Below are positions 31,367 through 39,856 of a stretch of 64,000 nucleotides of DNA, in pieces (position 1 is the first letter of the stretch; every line of letters begins with the position of its first letter). The notes beneath the pieces were generated by a model. That model was not told the origin of the DNA. It saw nothing but the letters and a program-made list of their open reading frames with translations, and ran no database searches. Origin of the DNA: Actinopolymorphaceae bacterium (GTDB taxonomy: Bacteria; Actinomycetota; Actinomycetes; Propionibacteriales; DAIQRJ01); NCBI GenBank assembly GCA_036786375.1, contig DAIQRJ010000003.1:75932-139931 (forward strand). Reading direction: 5' to 3'. The position numbers and the translations under genes were made by a program.

Positions 31367-31690
31367 AGAGAGAGCTCCCTTCGACTGCAGAGCCCCTTCC
31401 CCGGTGGCTCTCCAGTCAGTGAGCCGCCATCCGCCCACACGCCCGTTCGGACGCATCAAGTGATGTCACGCTCGCTTTGAGTAATCGTCGGTGTGTGACG
31501 ATCGCCTCATACGACGGTATTTGCGTATCGGACCGTTGGGAACACCTTGCACAAGGAAAACTTCAGCCCCACGGCGTGTCGACTTGACGAACTACATCGA
31601 TGTAACTCCGCAATTGCGCAGGTCGGATGGGTTGTGGTCGAATCTCGCCGGTCTTTTTGTGTGGCACGTCACACCAACAAGACGACGGGA
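31367..31690 (-). promoter_or_regulatory. long (~320 nt) lower-GC 5' leader of the NlpC/P60 gene; candidate cyclic-di-AMP (ydaO-type) riboswitch
   Basis: There is no plausible ORF here. On the minus strand, two related motifs occur: AACCCAUCCGACCUGCGCAAUUGCGG (31608-31633) and UCCCAACGGUCCGAUACGCAAAUACCGUCGUAUGAGGCG (about 31503-31541). They loosely resemble the conserved ACCC..CCG.CAGCUAACCUCGUAAGCG element of ydaO RNAs (from memory). ydaO riboswitches are known upstream of actinobacterial cell-wall hydrolase genes. Confidence 0.3.
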
Positions 31691-31720
31691 AGGGCCCCCG
31701 CGCCGTGGCACGGGGGCCCT
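31691..31720 (-). terminator. stem-loop terminator downstream of the MFS gene remnant
   Basis: A perfect 10-bp GC-rich stem pairs agggcccccg (31691-31700) with cgggggccct (31711-31720) around a 10-nt loop. It lies 22 nt after the stop at 31742. On the minus strand it is followed by the U-rich run UUCCCGUCGUCUUGUUGG. Confidence 0.6.
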
Positions 31721-31741
31721 GTCGTGACGGAGCGCGGTCGC

Positions 31742-32347
31742 TCAGACCGAGGCGCCGACCCGATCTCCGGTCGATGCCGAGCCGTCGTCCGCAGCCGCCG
31801 CGGGGGTCTGGCGAACGGTCCTGCGCAGCGGGACCTCCTTGATGGACAGCACCGAGATGAGGCTGAGCAGCGCCATCGCGGCGGCGATCATGAAGATCCG
31901 GCCGGTGGCGTCGCCGTAGGCCGACCTGACGATCGTCGCGATCGAGGCGGGCAGCGTGTCGAAGTCGAGTTCGGATGATCCGCCGGACTGCATTCGCGCG
32001 GAGGCGTCCGCGCCGGCCGGACCGAGCGCCACCAGGCTGCGGACGAACGACACCGCGGCACCCGCAGCACCGACCTGCGTGACGTCGACGGTGTTCTGCA
32101 CGGCCAGCACGAGGTTCTGCATCATCATGCCCATGCCGAACCCCGTCATCGCCATGTAGATCATCACGTGGGTGATCGGCGTGTAGTGGTCGACGCTGCC
32201 CATCAGGACCATCGAGGCGGTCAGCAGGACTCCGCTGATCACGAGGAATCGCTTCCACTTGCCGAACTTGGAGATGATCAGGCCGGCGCCGGTCGAGGCG
32301 ACCAGCGAACCCAGCGCCAGCGGGAACGTGAGCAGGCCCGGGGTGGT
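31742..32347 (-). pseudogene. C-terminal remnant of a DHA2-type MFS transporter
   Basis: Only about the last 200 aa (roughly TMS 9-14) are present. This part aligns by eye with the C-terminal half of the intact MFS at 42354..43985. No N-terminal half can fit before the neighbouring M16 gene. The ORF prefix (MDSDSCRGVIFAIAVSHNYRC...) is not MFS-like. Confidence 0.6.
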
Positions 32348-32511
32348 GCCAGCGTCATGCCATTCCCATCGTCGTGCCGAGATCGCGTCATGCCGGATCC
32401 CGGTGGCGCCGAGCCCACATCTATAGTTGTGCGATACAGCTATAGCGAAGATCACGCCTCGGCACGAGTCCGAGTCCACGCTGGGTCAGAGTGTGTGAAC
32501 GGGTTTCGCCG

Positions 32512-32528
32512 GCCGCCTTTGCGGCGGC
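32512..32528 (-). terminator. short hairpin just after the M16 peptidase operon
   Basis: A 6-bp stem pairs gccgcc with ggcggc around a 5-nt loop, 6 nt downstream of the stop at 32534. The U-tract is weak. Confidence 0.35.
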
Positions 32529-32533
32529 TCCCA

Positions 32534-33892
32534 TCAGGCTCGGACGACGTCGCCCAGCCCGTAGTCGGACAGGTCGTGCGTGCCCAGCTGGGCCTCGATC
32601 GCGGCGGCGTCACCGACGGCGACCACGGTCAGACCGTCGATCGCGACCGACCTCGAGTACGCCTGCGTCGCGCCGTCCGGCGTGACCGCGGCGAGCGCCG
32701 CCTGATGCCGGTCGACGAAGTCGACGCCGACACCGTTGGCGATGTTGGACGCGGTCTGGCTGGTGATGTCGGACGCCGTCTCGTACCGCAGCGGTGCCAT
32801 CCGCGTCAGGTAGCCCGCGGCATCGGCCACTTCGAGGTCACTGAATCCGTCACGCGCCGTCGCGAGGATGCGCAGCGCATCGCTGAGCGCGGCGCCGGTG
32901 ACCTCGGTGCGGACCGCGCCACTCGCCGAGAACAGCCCACCCCGCGCGAACGGGCTGAACGACGCGCGGATGCCGTAGGTGTAGCCCTTCTCCTCGCGGA
33001 GTTCGGCGTCGAGGCGGGAGGTGATGGTGCCGCCGACGATGCGCGCGGCCAGCACGTGCTCGGCCCAGGCGGCGTCGGTGCGGTCGGGACCCGGGCAGCC
33101 GATGACCAGCTCGGTCTGGACGGCGCCCGGGCGGTCGACGACGACGAGCTTGGGGCCTGGTGCCGGACCCGGGACGGTTAGAACATCGCTGCCGGTTGCC
33201 GAGCTCGCCCAGCTGCCGAGAGTGGCATCCGCGAGTGCCTCGACGTCCACGCCGGTGAGGTCTCCGGCCACCACGAGAGTGGCCCGGGCCGGCGAGTACG
33301 TCGCTTCGTAGTACGCCTGCACGACGGCACGGTCGAGCGCGGCGACGCTCGCCGCGGTTCCGCCGACCGGTCGCGCGAGCCGGGTGGCGGGGTCGAACAC
33401 CTGTGCGGTGAACGTCTCGTGTGCCAGCGATCCGGGGTCGGCGTGATCCTGCTCGATCTCTCCGATCCGAAGGGCCACGTGCCGCGCGATCTCGCCGTCG
33501 GGGAACGCCGGCTGGGTGACGGCCTCGGCCAGCAGCGCCAGCGCGGGACCGAGCCGGCCGGCGGCGACATCGACGCCGATGTGCACGCTGGCGTCGAAGA
33601 CCCATGCGCCGTAGTGCGCGCCCTGGCGTTCGACAGCGGCAGCGAACTCCTCCCCGCTGCGTACCGCGGTGCCCTCGTCGAGGGTGCGGGACGTCAGCTG
33701 CGCGACGCCGTCGGCACCGTCGGGTTCGGCGGCGATCGGTGCCTGCACGACCAGCCGCGACGACGTGACGTACTGGCCGGGGAGGTGGATGCGTAGCAGC
33801 CGGATGCCGTTGCTCAGCCTGCTCTCGTGGATGGCCGGGAACCGCCATGCGGGCGGTGCGGCGACCTCGGGACGCTCGATGGACGTGCTCAT
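32534..33892 (-). CDS. M16 family peptidase, non-catalytic-type subunit
   Basis: 452 aa from ATG 33892, which overlaps the upstream M16 stop as ATGA. It has the M16 two-domain architecture but no HxxEH motif. Confidence 0.82.
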   Translation of the reverse strand: MSTSIERPEVAAPPAWRFPAIHESRLSNGIRLLRIHLPGQYVTSSRLVVQAPIAAEPDGADGVAQLTSRTLDEGTAVRSGEEFAAAVERQGAHYGAWVFDASVHIGVDVAAGRLGPALALLAEAVTQPAFPDGEIARHVALRIGEIEQDHADPGSLAHETFTAQVFDPATRLARPVGGTAASVAALDRAVVQAYYEATYSPARATLVVAGDLTGVDVEALADATLGSWASSATGSDVLTVPGPAPGPKLVVVDRPGAVQTELVIGCPGPDRTDAAWAEHVLAARIVGGTITSRLDAELREEKGYTYGIRASFSPFARGGLFSASGAVRTEVTGAALSDALRILATARDGFSDLEVADAAGYLTRMAPLRYETASDITSQTASNIANGVGVDFVDRHQAALAAVTPDGATQAYSRSVAIDGLTVVAVGDAAAIEAQLGTHDLSDYGLGDVVRA

Positions 33893-35196
33893 GCCTGGTT
33901 CTCCTCGGCGGCCCTCGGCAGGAAGCGCGCGACCGCGTTGTTCGCGGGTACGAGCCTCGTCGTCGCCAGGGCAGCCACATCGGCCACCGTGACCGCGTCG
34001 ATGTCGACGAGCCTGGTGTTGATGCGATGCGGATCGCCGGTCTGCAGGTACAGCTTGGCGAGCTCGTCGGCCCGGCCCGCGCACGTGGAGAGCTGGCGCA
34101 GGTAGCCGTGCTCGGACTGGGCCTTCGCCGTAGCCACCTCGTCCTCGGTCGGGCCGTCGGCCACCAGCCGGGCGATCTCCTCGTCGGCTGCGTTCTCGAG
34201 AGGCTCGAGCGGCTGGCCGCTGTGTGCCTGCAGGACGATCTGGCCCGCTGACACCCCGCCGCGAAACCCGATCACACCCGCGTGCACGGCGGTGGCGAGC
34301 TGGTCGCGGCGCAGCAGCCGGACGTGCAGCCGGCTCGCCGAGCCGCCGCCGAGGAGCTCCATGGCGATGCGCGCCGCATCGAGTTCGTGGCTCGGGTCGA
34401 CCGGCATGCGCAGCAGCCGGTAGGCCGCGGCGGCCGGCACGTCGTCGGGAACGTCCTCGATCGCAGCGGCGGTCAGCGGCCCGATCGTGCCGTCGGGCGG
34501 ATCGGGTGGCGCCGGGATGGCCGCGATGCCGCCGAAGTACCGCTCTGCCATGGCGAACGCCTGATCGGGCTCAATGTCACCGACGATGGACAGGACGGCG
34601 TTGTTCGGGCCGTAGTAGCGGTGGAAGAAGGCGTGCACGTCGTCGAGGGTGGCCGCGTCGAGATCGGCCATCGACCCGATCGGCAGGTGTGCGTAGGGGT
34701 GCGAAGCCGGGAACAGGAGCCGGAAGCAGCGCTCGAGCCAGGTGCCGTAGGGCTGGTTGTCGTAGGACTGGCGCTTCTCTTCCTTCACGACCTCGCGCTG
34801 GGTGTCGAGGTTCACCTGTCCGACCGCGTCGAGCAGCGAGGCCATCCGATCGGCCTCGAGCCACAGCGCGAGCTCGAAGCCGCCGGTCGGCAGGGTCTCG
34901 TAGTAGTTGGTGCGGTCGAAGCTGGTGGTGCCGTTGAGGACGGCGCCGACCGCCTGCAGCAGGCTGAAATGCTCGCCGGACGCGACGTGCCCCGAACCCT
35001 GGAACATCAGGTGCTCGAAGAGGTGCGCGAAGCCGGTGCGGCCGGCCTGCTCGTGGCGCGAGCCGACGTCGTAGCGGACGTTGACGGCGACCGCCGGCAC
35101 GTTGTGGTCGGTGCTCGTGACGACACGCAGACCGTTGCCGAGAACGTGCGTGGACACGGGATAGTCGACGACCGCCATGGTGGCTGGAGCACTCAT
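33889..35196 (-). CDS. M16 family zinc peptidase (pitrilysin-like), catalytic subunit
   Basis: 435 aa. The inverted zinc motif HxxEH occurs in GFAHLFEHLMFQGS. Confidence 0.88.
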   Translation of the reverse strand: MSAPATMAVVDYPVSTHVLGNGLRVVTSTDHNVPAVAVNVRYDVGSRHEQAGRTGFAHLFEHLMFQGSGHVASGEHFSLLQAVGAVLNGTTSFDRTNYYETLPTGGFELALWLEADRMASLLDAVGQVNLDTQREVVKEEKRQSYDNQPYGTWLERCFRLLFPASHPYAHLPIGSMADLDAATLDDVHAFFHRYYGPNNAVLSIVGDIEPDQAFAMAERYFGGIAAIPAPPDPPDGTIGPLTAAAIEDVPDDVPAAAAYRLLRMPVDPSHELDAARIAMELLGGGSASRLHVRLLRRDQLATAVHAGVIGFRGGVSAGQIVLQAHSGQPLEPLENAADEEIARLVADGPTEDEVATAKAQSEHGYLRQLSTCAGRADELAKLYLQTGDPHRINTRLVDIDAVTVADVAALATTRLVPANNAVARFLPRAAEENQA

Positions 35197-35250
35197 GCGG
35201 GCGAGTCTGTCAGACCACTCCGACAGCTCGGGAGGGGTACGCCGGCAAGG

Positions 35251-36162
35251 TCAGAACGGCTCGCGCAGCCGGAGCCGGTACAGGCTCGTCGTCGCGGTGA
35301 TGTAGAGGCTGCGCCGGTCCGCGCCGCCCACACACAGGTTGGCGACGGTCTCGGGGAGGTCGACGCCGCCGAGCAGCTCGCCCGAGGGCGTGTAGACGGA
35401 GATGCCGAAGGCGCGCGAGGTCCAGATGTTGCCGTGGTGGTCGACCCGGAAGCCGTCGGGCACTCCTTGTTCTATCTGGGCGAACGAGCGGCCGTTCTCG
35501 CAGCGGCCGTCGGTGGTGACGTCGTAGGCGCGGATGCCGTGGTCCTCGCCATGACCCTGGGCGCGCGCGGAGTCGGCGACGTAGAGGATCGATTCGTCGT
35601 TCGAGAACGCTAGCCCGTTGGGCCGCACCATGTCGGTGATGACTGTGCTGATGGCGCCGGTGGCCGGGTCGAGGCGGAACACGTGACAGCCGCCGTACTC
35701 CATCTCGCCGCCGTGCCCCTCCCCCGGCGACTGCAGGCCGTAGGCGGGATCGGTGAACCAGATGATGCCGTGGCTGTCGACGACGACATCGTTCGGCGAG
35801 TTGAACCGCGGGCCGTCGGCGCCGTCGGTGCGGGTGACGAGCGCGGTCGCGGTGCCGTCGAGGTCGAGCAGCTCGACCTGTCGCCGGCCGTGCGAGCACT
35901 GGACGATGCGGCCGGCTCGGTCGAGGGTCCGCCCGTTCGGGTACTCCGCGGCCACGACAGCCACGTCGAGAGAGCCGCCGGCCTCGTCGAACGCGAGGAT
36001 GCGGTTGCCCTTGATGTCGGAGAACCAGACCTGTCCGAGGTCGGGCAGCCAGACCGGTCCCTCGGCCCAGCCGGCGCCGGTCGCGACCCGTTCGGGGATG
36101 CCGTCACCATCGAGAAGCGCTGCGATGCCACTGGCCGGAGCCGACGAGGATGCTGTGCTCAT
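35251..36162 (-). CDS. SMP-30/gluconolactonase/LRE family protein
   Basis: 303 aa with six-bladed-propeller-type repeats (EGPVWLPD, FNSPNDVVVDSHGIIWFTDP, PNGLAFSNDESILYVADS). Confidence 0.85.
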   Translation of the reverse strand: MSTASSSAPASGIAALLDGDGIPERVATGAGWAEGPVWLPDLGQVWFSDIKGNRILAFDEAGGSLDVAVVAAEYPNGRTLDRAGRIVQCSHGRRQVELLDLDGTATALVTRTDGADGPRFNSPNDVVVDSHGIIWFTDPAYGLQSPGEGHGGEMEYGGCHVFRLDPATGAISTVITDMVRPNGLAFSNDESILYVADSARAQGHGEDHGIRAYDVTTDGRCENGRSFAQIEQGVPDGFRVDHHGNIWTSRAFGISVYTPSGELLGGVDLPETVANLCVGGADRRSLYITATTSLYRLRLREPF

Positions 36163-36195
36163 GTCCCCGACCCTAGATGAATGATTCCAAGGGGT

Positions 36196-36730
36196 TCAGT
36201 GGTCGTGGGCGGTTAGTGGTCGGCGGATGTTGAGGCCGAGGTGGTCGTTGTGCCAGATGGCGGCGGTGAGGGCGAGGATGCGTTGGGTGATCCCGGCGTG
36301 GGCGATGTCGGTCTCGAACCTGGTGCCGGAGTAGTTCTTGTCCCCGATCATCAGCATCCGGGTGTGGTCACGGCGTGCGAGTGCAGGGGTGGTGGTGAGG
36401 ATGTCGGTCAGGACCAGGCGTTCGTCGGCCTTGGCGCCGGTCAGTGCCCACCCGATCGGGAGTGCGTGCAGGGTGCAGACCAGGTGGAGTCGCCGTCCCC
36501 AGAAGAACCGTGAATGCGAGGCGCGGTAACTGTATTCGGCCCAGCCGGCCAACTCGGAGCGTCGTACGGTCTGCCGCGATCGGGCGCACTCGACCGGGGT
36601 GGAGTCCACAACCCAGACGTCGTCGGTGGCGATGCTGGTCTGGGCGCCCGGTGCGGCGGTGAGCCAGGTCATCGTGTCGGCCAGTTTCCGCAGCCGCTTG
36701 TTGTAGCCGGATTTGGGCGGGGAGAAGGAC
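36196..36730 (-). mobile_element. IS982-family transposase remnant (5'-truncated, internally deleted)
   Basis: Contains SGYNKRLRKL ... VVDSTPVECARSRQTVRRSELAGWAEYSYRASHSRFFWGRRLHLVCT ... TGAKADERLVL ... IGDKNYSG, then jumps directly to the C-terminal QRILALTAAIWHN. The N-terminal ~70 aa and a central block are missing. No terminal inverted repeats were identified. Confidence 0.62.
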
Positions 36731-36852
36731 GTCCTCGGGCTGTGGGCGGGCACCGGCGGGGAGCGCGCGACGTTTTGGATGGCCGGACACACCGTTAGCG
36801 AGACACTCCCCACCACCCGCCCGAGGCGTGACGCGAGCAGACTGCGTTCGGC

Positions 36853-37614
36853 CTAAGTGGTGGTCGCGTCGAGCTGCGCTCGTCCGAGTCGGCGAATGGC
36901 GCGGACGGCTCCCGTGAGGTGAGCTGGCTCGGCGGTGGCCCCGATGATGGCGTCGGTTTCGGTGAGCTCGGCGCGGTCGAGCAGGGTCTTTTCGTTGGTG
37001 ACCCATTCCCCACGAGCCGCTAGGACGGCGTGTGCATATTGGCAGGTGGCCGTGGCGAGCAGGCCGACGCATTGGGTCACTCGTCCACGGGCGGCATGGT
37101 TGGTTTCGGCGTAGTCGAGGGTGAGTTCGGCTCGTTGCGTCCAGATGCGGGGCGCTGATGTGCGCAGCGGTTCGGGGTAGTCGGGAGTGGGGAGTGTTCC
37201 TCGCAGTGTCTGGTTGATGGCGAGTTCGCCGACGACGAGGTAGCTGGGGATGCCAGCGAGGTGAAACATGAGGGGTTCGATGTGGAATCGGCCGGCGGCG
37301 GCTTCGGTGATCTGTTCGTTGACCACGTCCAGGTCGCGGTAGTGGACGTCGACGGCTCGGCCGTCGATGTGGAGCCAGGCTCCGCCGTTGAAGACGCCGC
37401 CGCCCCAGCCGCCGAGCTCGGATACCTCGCCGGTCCAGCCCAGGTCGCGAAGGGCCTGTGGCTGGAATTCGCCTTGGTAGTAGACGGCGAGATCCCAGTC
37501 GCTGTCAGGGCGGGCGGTGCCTTGGGCGCGTGACCCGCCCAGCGTCACGGCGCGGACCGTCGGTAGCGAGATCAGCGCGTCGCCGACGTCGTTGAGAAAG
37601 TCAGCGTCGTCCAT
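36853..37614 (-). CDS. nucleotidyltransferase-domain protein (Pol-beta superfamily, antibiotic-NTase-like)
   Basis: 253 aa from ATG 37614. The NTase motif is TLGGSRAQGTARPDSDWDLAVYY. The C-terminal half is helical. Confidence 0.7.
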   Translation of the reverse strand: MDDADFLNDVGDALISLPTVRAVTLGGSRAQGTARPDSDWDLAVYYQGEFQPQALRDLGWTGEVSELGGWGGGVFNGGAWLHIDGRAVDVHYRDLDVVNEQITEAAAGRFHIEPLMFHLAGIPSYLVVGELAINQTLRGTLPTPDYPEPLRTSAPRIWTQRAELTLDYAETNHAARGRVTQCVGLLATATCQYAHAVLAARGEWVTNEKTLLDRAELTETDAIIGATAEPAHLTGAVRAIRRLGRAQLDATTT

Positions 37615-38062
37615 GCGGCTCACCGTAGCGACCGTGCGCGGAGTGGCGAGGGGACCGACCAATCGCCGAGTGATCGAAACCTGCCGGTCACCGCGCCTGA
37701 TCGAAGTGGAGTCCGCTTCAGTTTCTGTGTGCCCGTACACCCATCGCGTCCAACGCGATGTCAGGGGAAGCGACGAGCGGGTCCCGGTCAGCCGACGCCA
37801 GCACCGGTGGTCATGGTCTGACCTCGTCCGTGTCAGCGAGGCTCGCGAGCACAGATGATGGCGGTTCGAGCGTGAGCGACGCGTGTACGTGTGCCCTCGC
37901 GGCCTTGCTTGGCCGCCAGCATTCACCAGCAACTTGACTGGCGGCCGGGTCAGGCCGAGCTGTCGAGGGTCACGATTGAGAGTGAGTATGGCGGCGGTCA
38001 TCGCCCTTCAGATTGGACCGCGCGCGTTGCGAGCCTCCGTGCCTATGTGTTCGGCTGGCGCC

Positions 38063-38560
38063 ATGGTGACGGCACCCGAACCTCGAGCACGTCCTGATCC
38101 GCATGCCGGCGAGGCCGACATGCTCTCGGGATGGCTGGACTGGCAGCGAGCAACCGTCCGCCTGAAATGCACCGACCCCCATGAGGACAAGGCGTACATC
38201 CGCTTCATTCCCACCTCGCCGCGCCTCACGATCGCCACGGTGGTCAGCCACTTGACCAGCGTCGAGCACGGCTGGTTCACCCGATCCTTCCTGGGTGACG
38301 ACGAACCACCACCAACCGCCGGCTGGGATGAAACCCACACGCCTCTTCCCGTCCTCCTCGATGCCTACGACGCCCAATGCGAACGTTCACGAAACGTCAT
38401 CGCCGGCCACAGTCTCGACGACATCGAACGCACGGCACCTCCAGGACTCCCGCACGTGTCCCTCCGCTGGATCGTCGGCCACATGATCGAGGAAACCGCT
38501 CGCCACCTGGGTCATCTGGACCTACTCCGCGAACTCGCTGACGGCAGGACCAGCTACTGA
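38063..38560 (+). CDS. DinB/DUF664 (mycothiol-transferase-like) four-helix-bundle protein
   Basis: 165 aa from ATG 38063. Contains LSGWLDWQRATV ... SHLTSVEHGWF ... WIVGHMIEETARHLGHLDLLRE, which includes the His metal triad pattern of the DinB superfamily. Confidence 0.75.
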   Translation: MVTAPEPRARPDPHAGEADMLSGWLDWQRATVRLKCTDPHEDKAYIRFIPTSPRLTIATVVSHLTSVEHGWFTRSFLGDDEPPPTAGWDETHTPLPVLLDAYDAQCERSRNVIAGHSLDDIERTAPPGLPHVSLRWIVGHMIEETARHLGHLDLLRELADGRTSY

Positions 38561-38822
38561 GCACGAGGCACGCCGTACGGCTCGGCGGACCGCGCACTAC
38601 CGGGCCGGCCTGCGGTCTTTCGCAGCCTGGAAGCCGAACGTCAACGGCGCGGCATGACTCAGCCACGGACCGTTCGGAGCGGCCGGGAGCGGCCGGGAGC
38701 GAAGCCCACAGCGGAGCGAGGACGGCCGCAGCGGGAGGTCGCGTGTGCCGACGGTGCTCTCCCCGACGCCTCGGCGAACCCCATCTGCGCCGCGAAATCC
38801 TGCGCTCGGTAAGGTGCGGCGC

Positions 38823-39389
38823 GTGACCGACGAACGCCGCACGTCCGACCGTGACCTCGTCCGCAAGCAGATTCTCGACAACGCGGTCGTCCGGGGGCGG
38901 GTGACGCTGGCGTCGGGGCGCGAGGCCGACTACTACGTCGACCTCCGCCGCATCACCCTCGCCGCGGCCGCCGCGCCGGCGATCGGCCGGATCATGCTCG
39001 ACTTGGCGTCCGACCTCGAGTTCGATGCCGTCGGGGGGCTGACACTCGGCGCCGACCCGGTCGCGACCTCGATGATGCACGCGGCCTCGGCCGACGGCCG
39101 CGAGCTCGACACCTTCGTCGTCCGCAAGGCGGAAAAGGCTCACGGGTTGCAGCGCCGGATCGAGGGCCCCGACGTCGCCGGTAAGCGCGTGCTGGCGGTC
39201 GAGGACACCTCCACAACCGGGGGTTCGGTGCTCACCGCGGTCGAGGCGCTGCGCGAGGCGGGCGCGGAGGTCGTCGGCGTCGCCGTCATCGTCGATCGCG
39301 GCACCGGCGCGGCCGAGAAGGTCGCCGCCGAGGGGCTCGACTACCGCTTCGCCTTCGATCTCGCCGACCTGGGGCTGGACAAGCAGTAG
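38823..39389 (+). CDS. pyrE: orotate phosphoribosyltransferase
   Basis: About 188 aa from GTG 38823, with an alternative start at 38814. Contains LASGREADYYVDLR and the PRPP motif VLAVEDTSTTGGS. Confidence 0.88.
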   Translation: MTDERRTSDRDLVRKQILDNAVVRGRVTLASGREADYYVDLRRITLAAAAAPAIGRIMLDLASDLEFDAVGGLTLGADPVATSMMHAASADGRELDTFVVRKAEKAHGLQRRIEGPDVAGKRVLAVEDTSTTGGSVLTAVEALREAGAEVVGVAVIVDRGTGAAEKVAAEGLDYRFAFDLADLGLDKQ

Positions 39390-39457
39390 ACGAGTGACAT
39401 CACAATGACGTCATCTTCGGTTGACCTGACGTCACTGGTGATGTCAGGCTCGGCGTC

Positions 39458-39856
39458 ATGACGCAGCCGGAACCGTCGATCATCTTCCTGAACGGCACCT
39501 CGAGCTCGGGGAAGAGCACGCTGACCGCGGCTCTGCAGGCCCGCCTGGAGCCCGTCTTCCTGCATTTCTCGGAGGACTTCTTCTTCCACATGCTCCCGGG
39601 CAACGCCTACGACCGGCCCGGCTTCCTCACCGTCGGCTCCGCGCTCTACGACGGCTTCGCCCGGTCCGCCGCGGCCATGGCCGGCGCCGGGAACCAGCTG
39701 ATCATCGACACCGTCGCCTGGAATCCCGGCAGCATGGCCGCGCATCGCCACGATCCTGCAGGCCTGGCGTCAACCACCGGCCGAGCCCGCGTTCGTCCGG
39801 CTACGGAACCTCGCGGTACCGCCTTGACTCAGTCGCCGAGCCTCAGTCGCCGATGA
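39458..39856 (+). pseudogene. chloramphenicol-phosphotransferase-like (CPT family) P-loop kinase, apparently 3'-truncated
   Basis: The N-terminus IIFLNGTSSSGKSTLTAALQ (P-loop) and LIIDTV fit the CPT family. After about aa 95 the sequence turns Arg/Pro-rich and non-homologous, and it runs 14 bp into the convergent ndh. About 70 expected C-terminal residues are absent. Confidence 0.5.

Noticed and set aside
36853-38560. The idea that the nucleotidyltransferase plus the neighbouring DinB-like gene form an MNT/HEPN-type toxin-antitoxin or defence pair.
   Set aside because: The genes are divergent and separated by 450 bp. The partner is a DinB four-helix bundle, not HEPN (no Rx4-6H motif). The NTase carries its own helical C-domain. 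I saw no supporting evidence.
38681-38700. Tandem duplication GGCCGGGAGC x2 upstream of pyrE.
   Set aside because: It is only two short GC-rich units, which is within chance expectation for this composition. No associated structure or gene was found.
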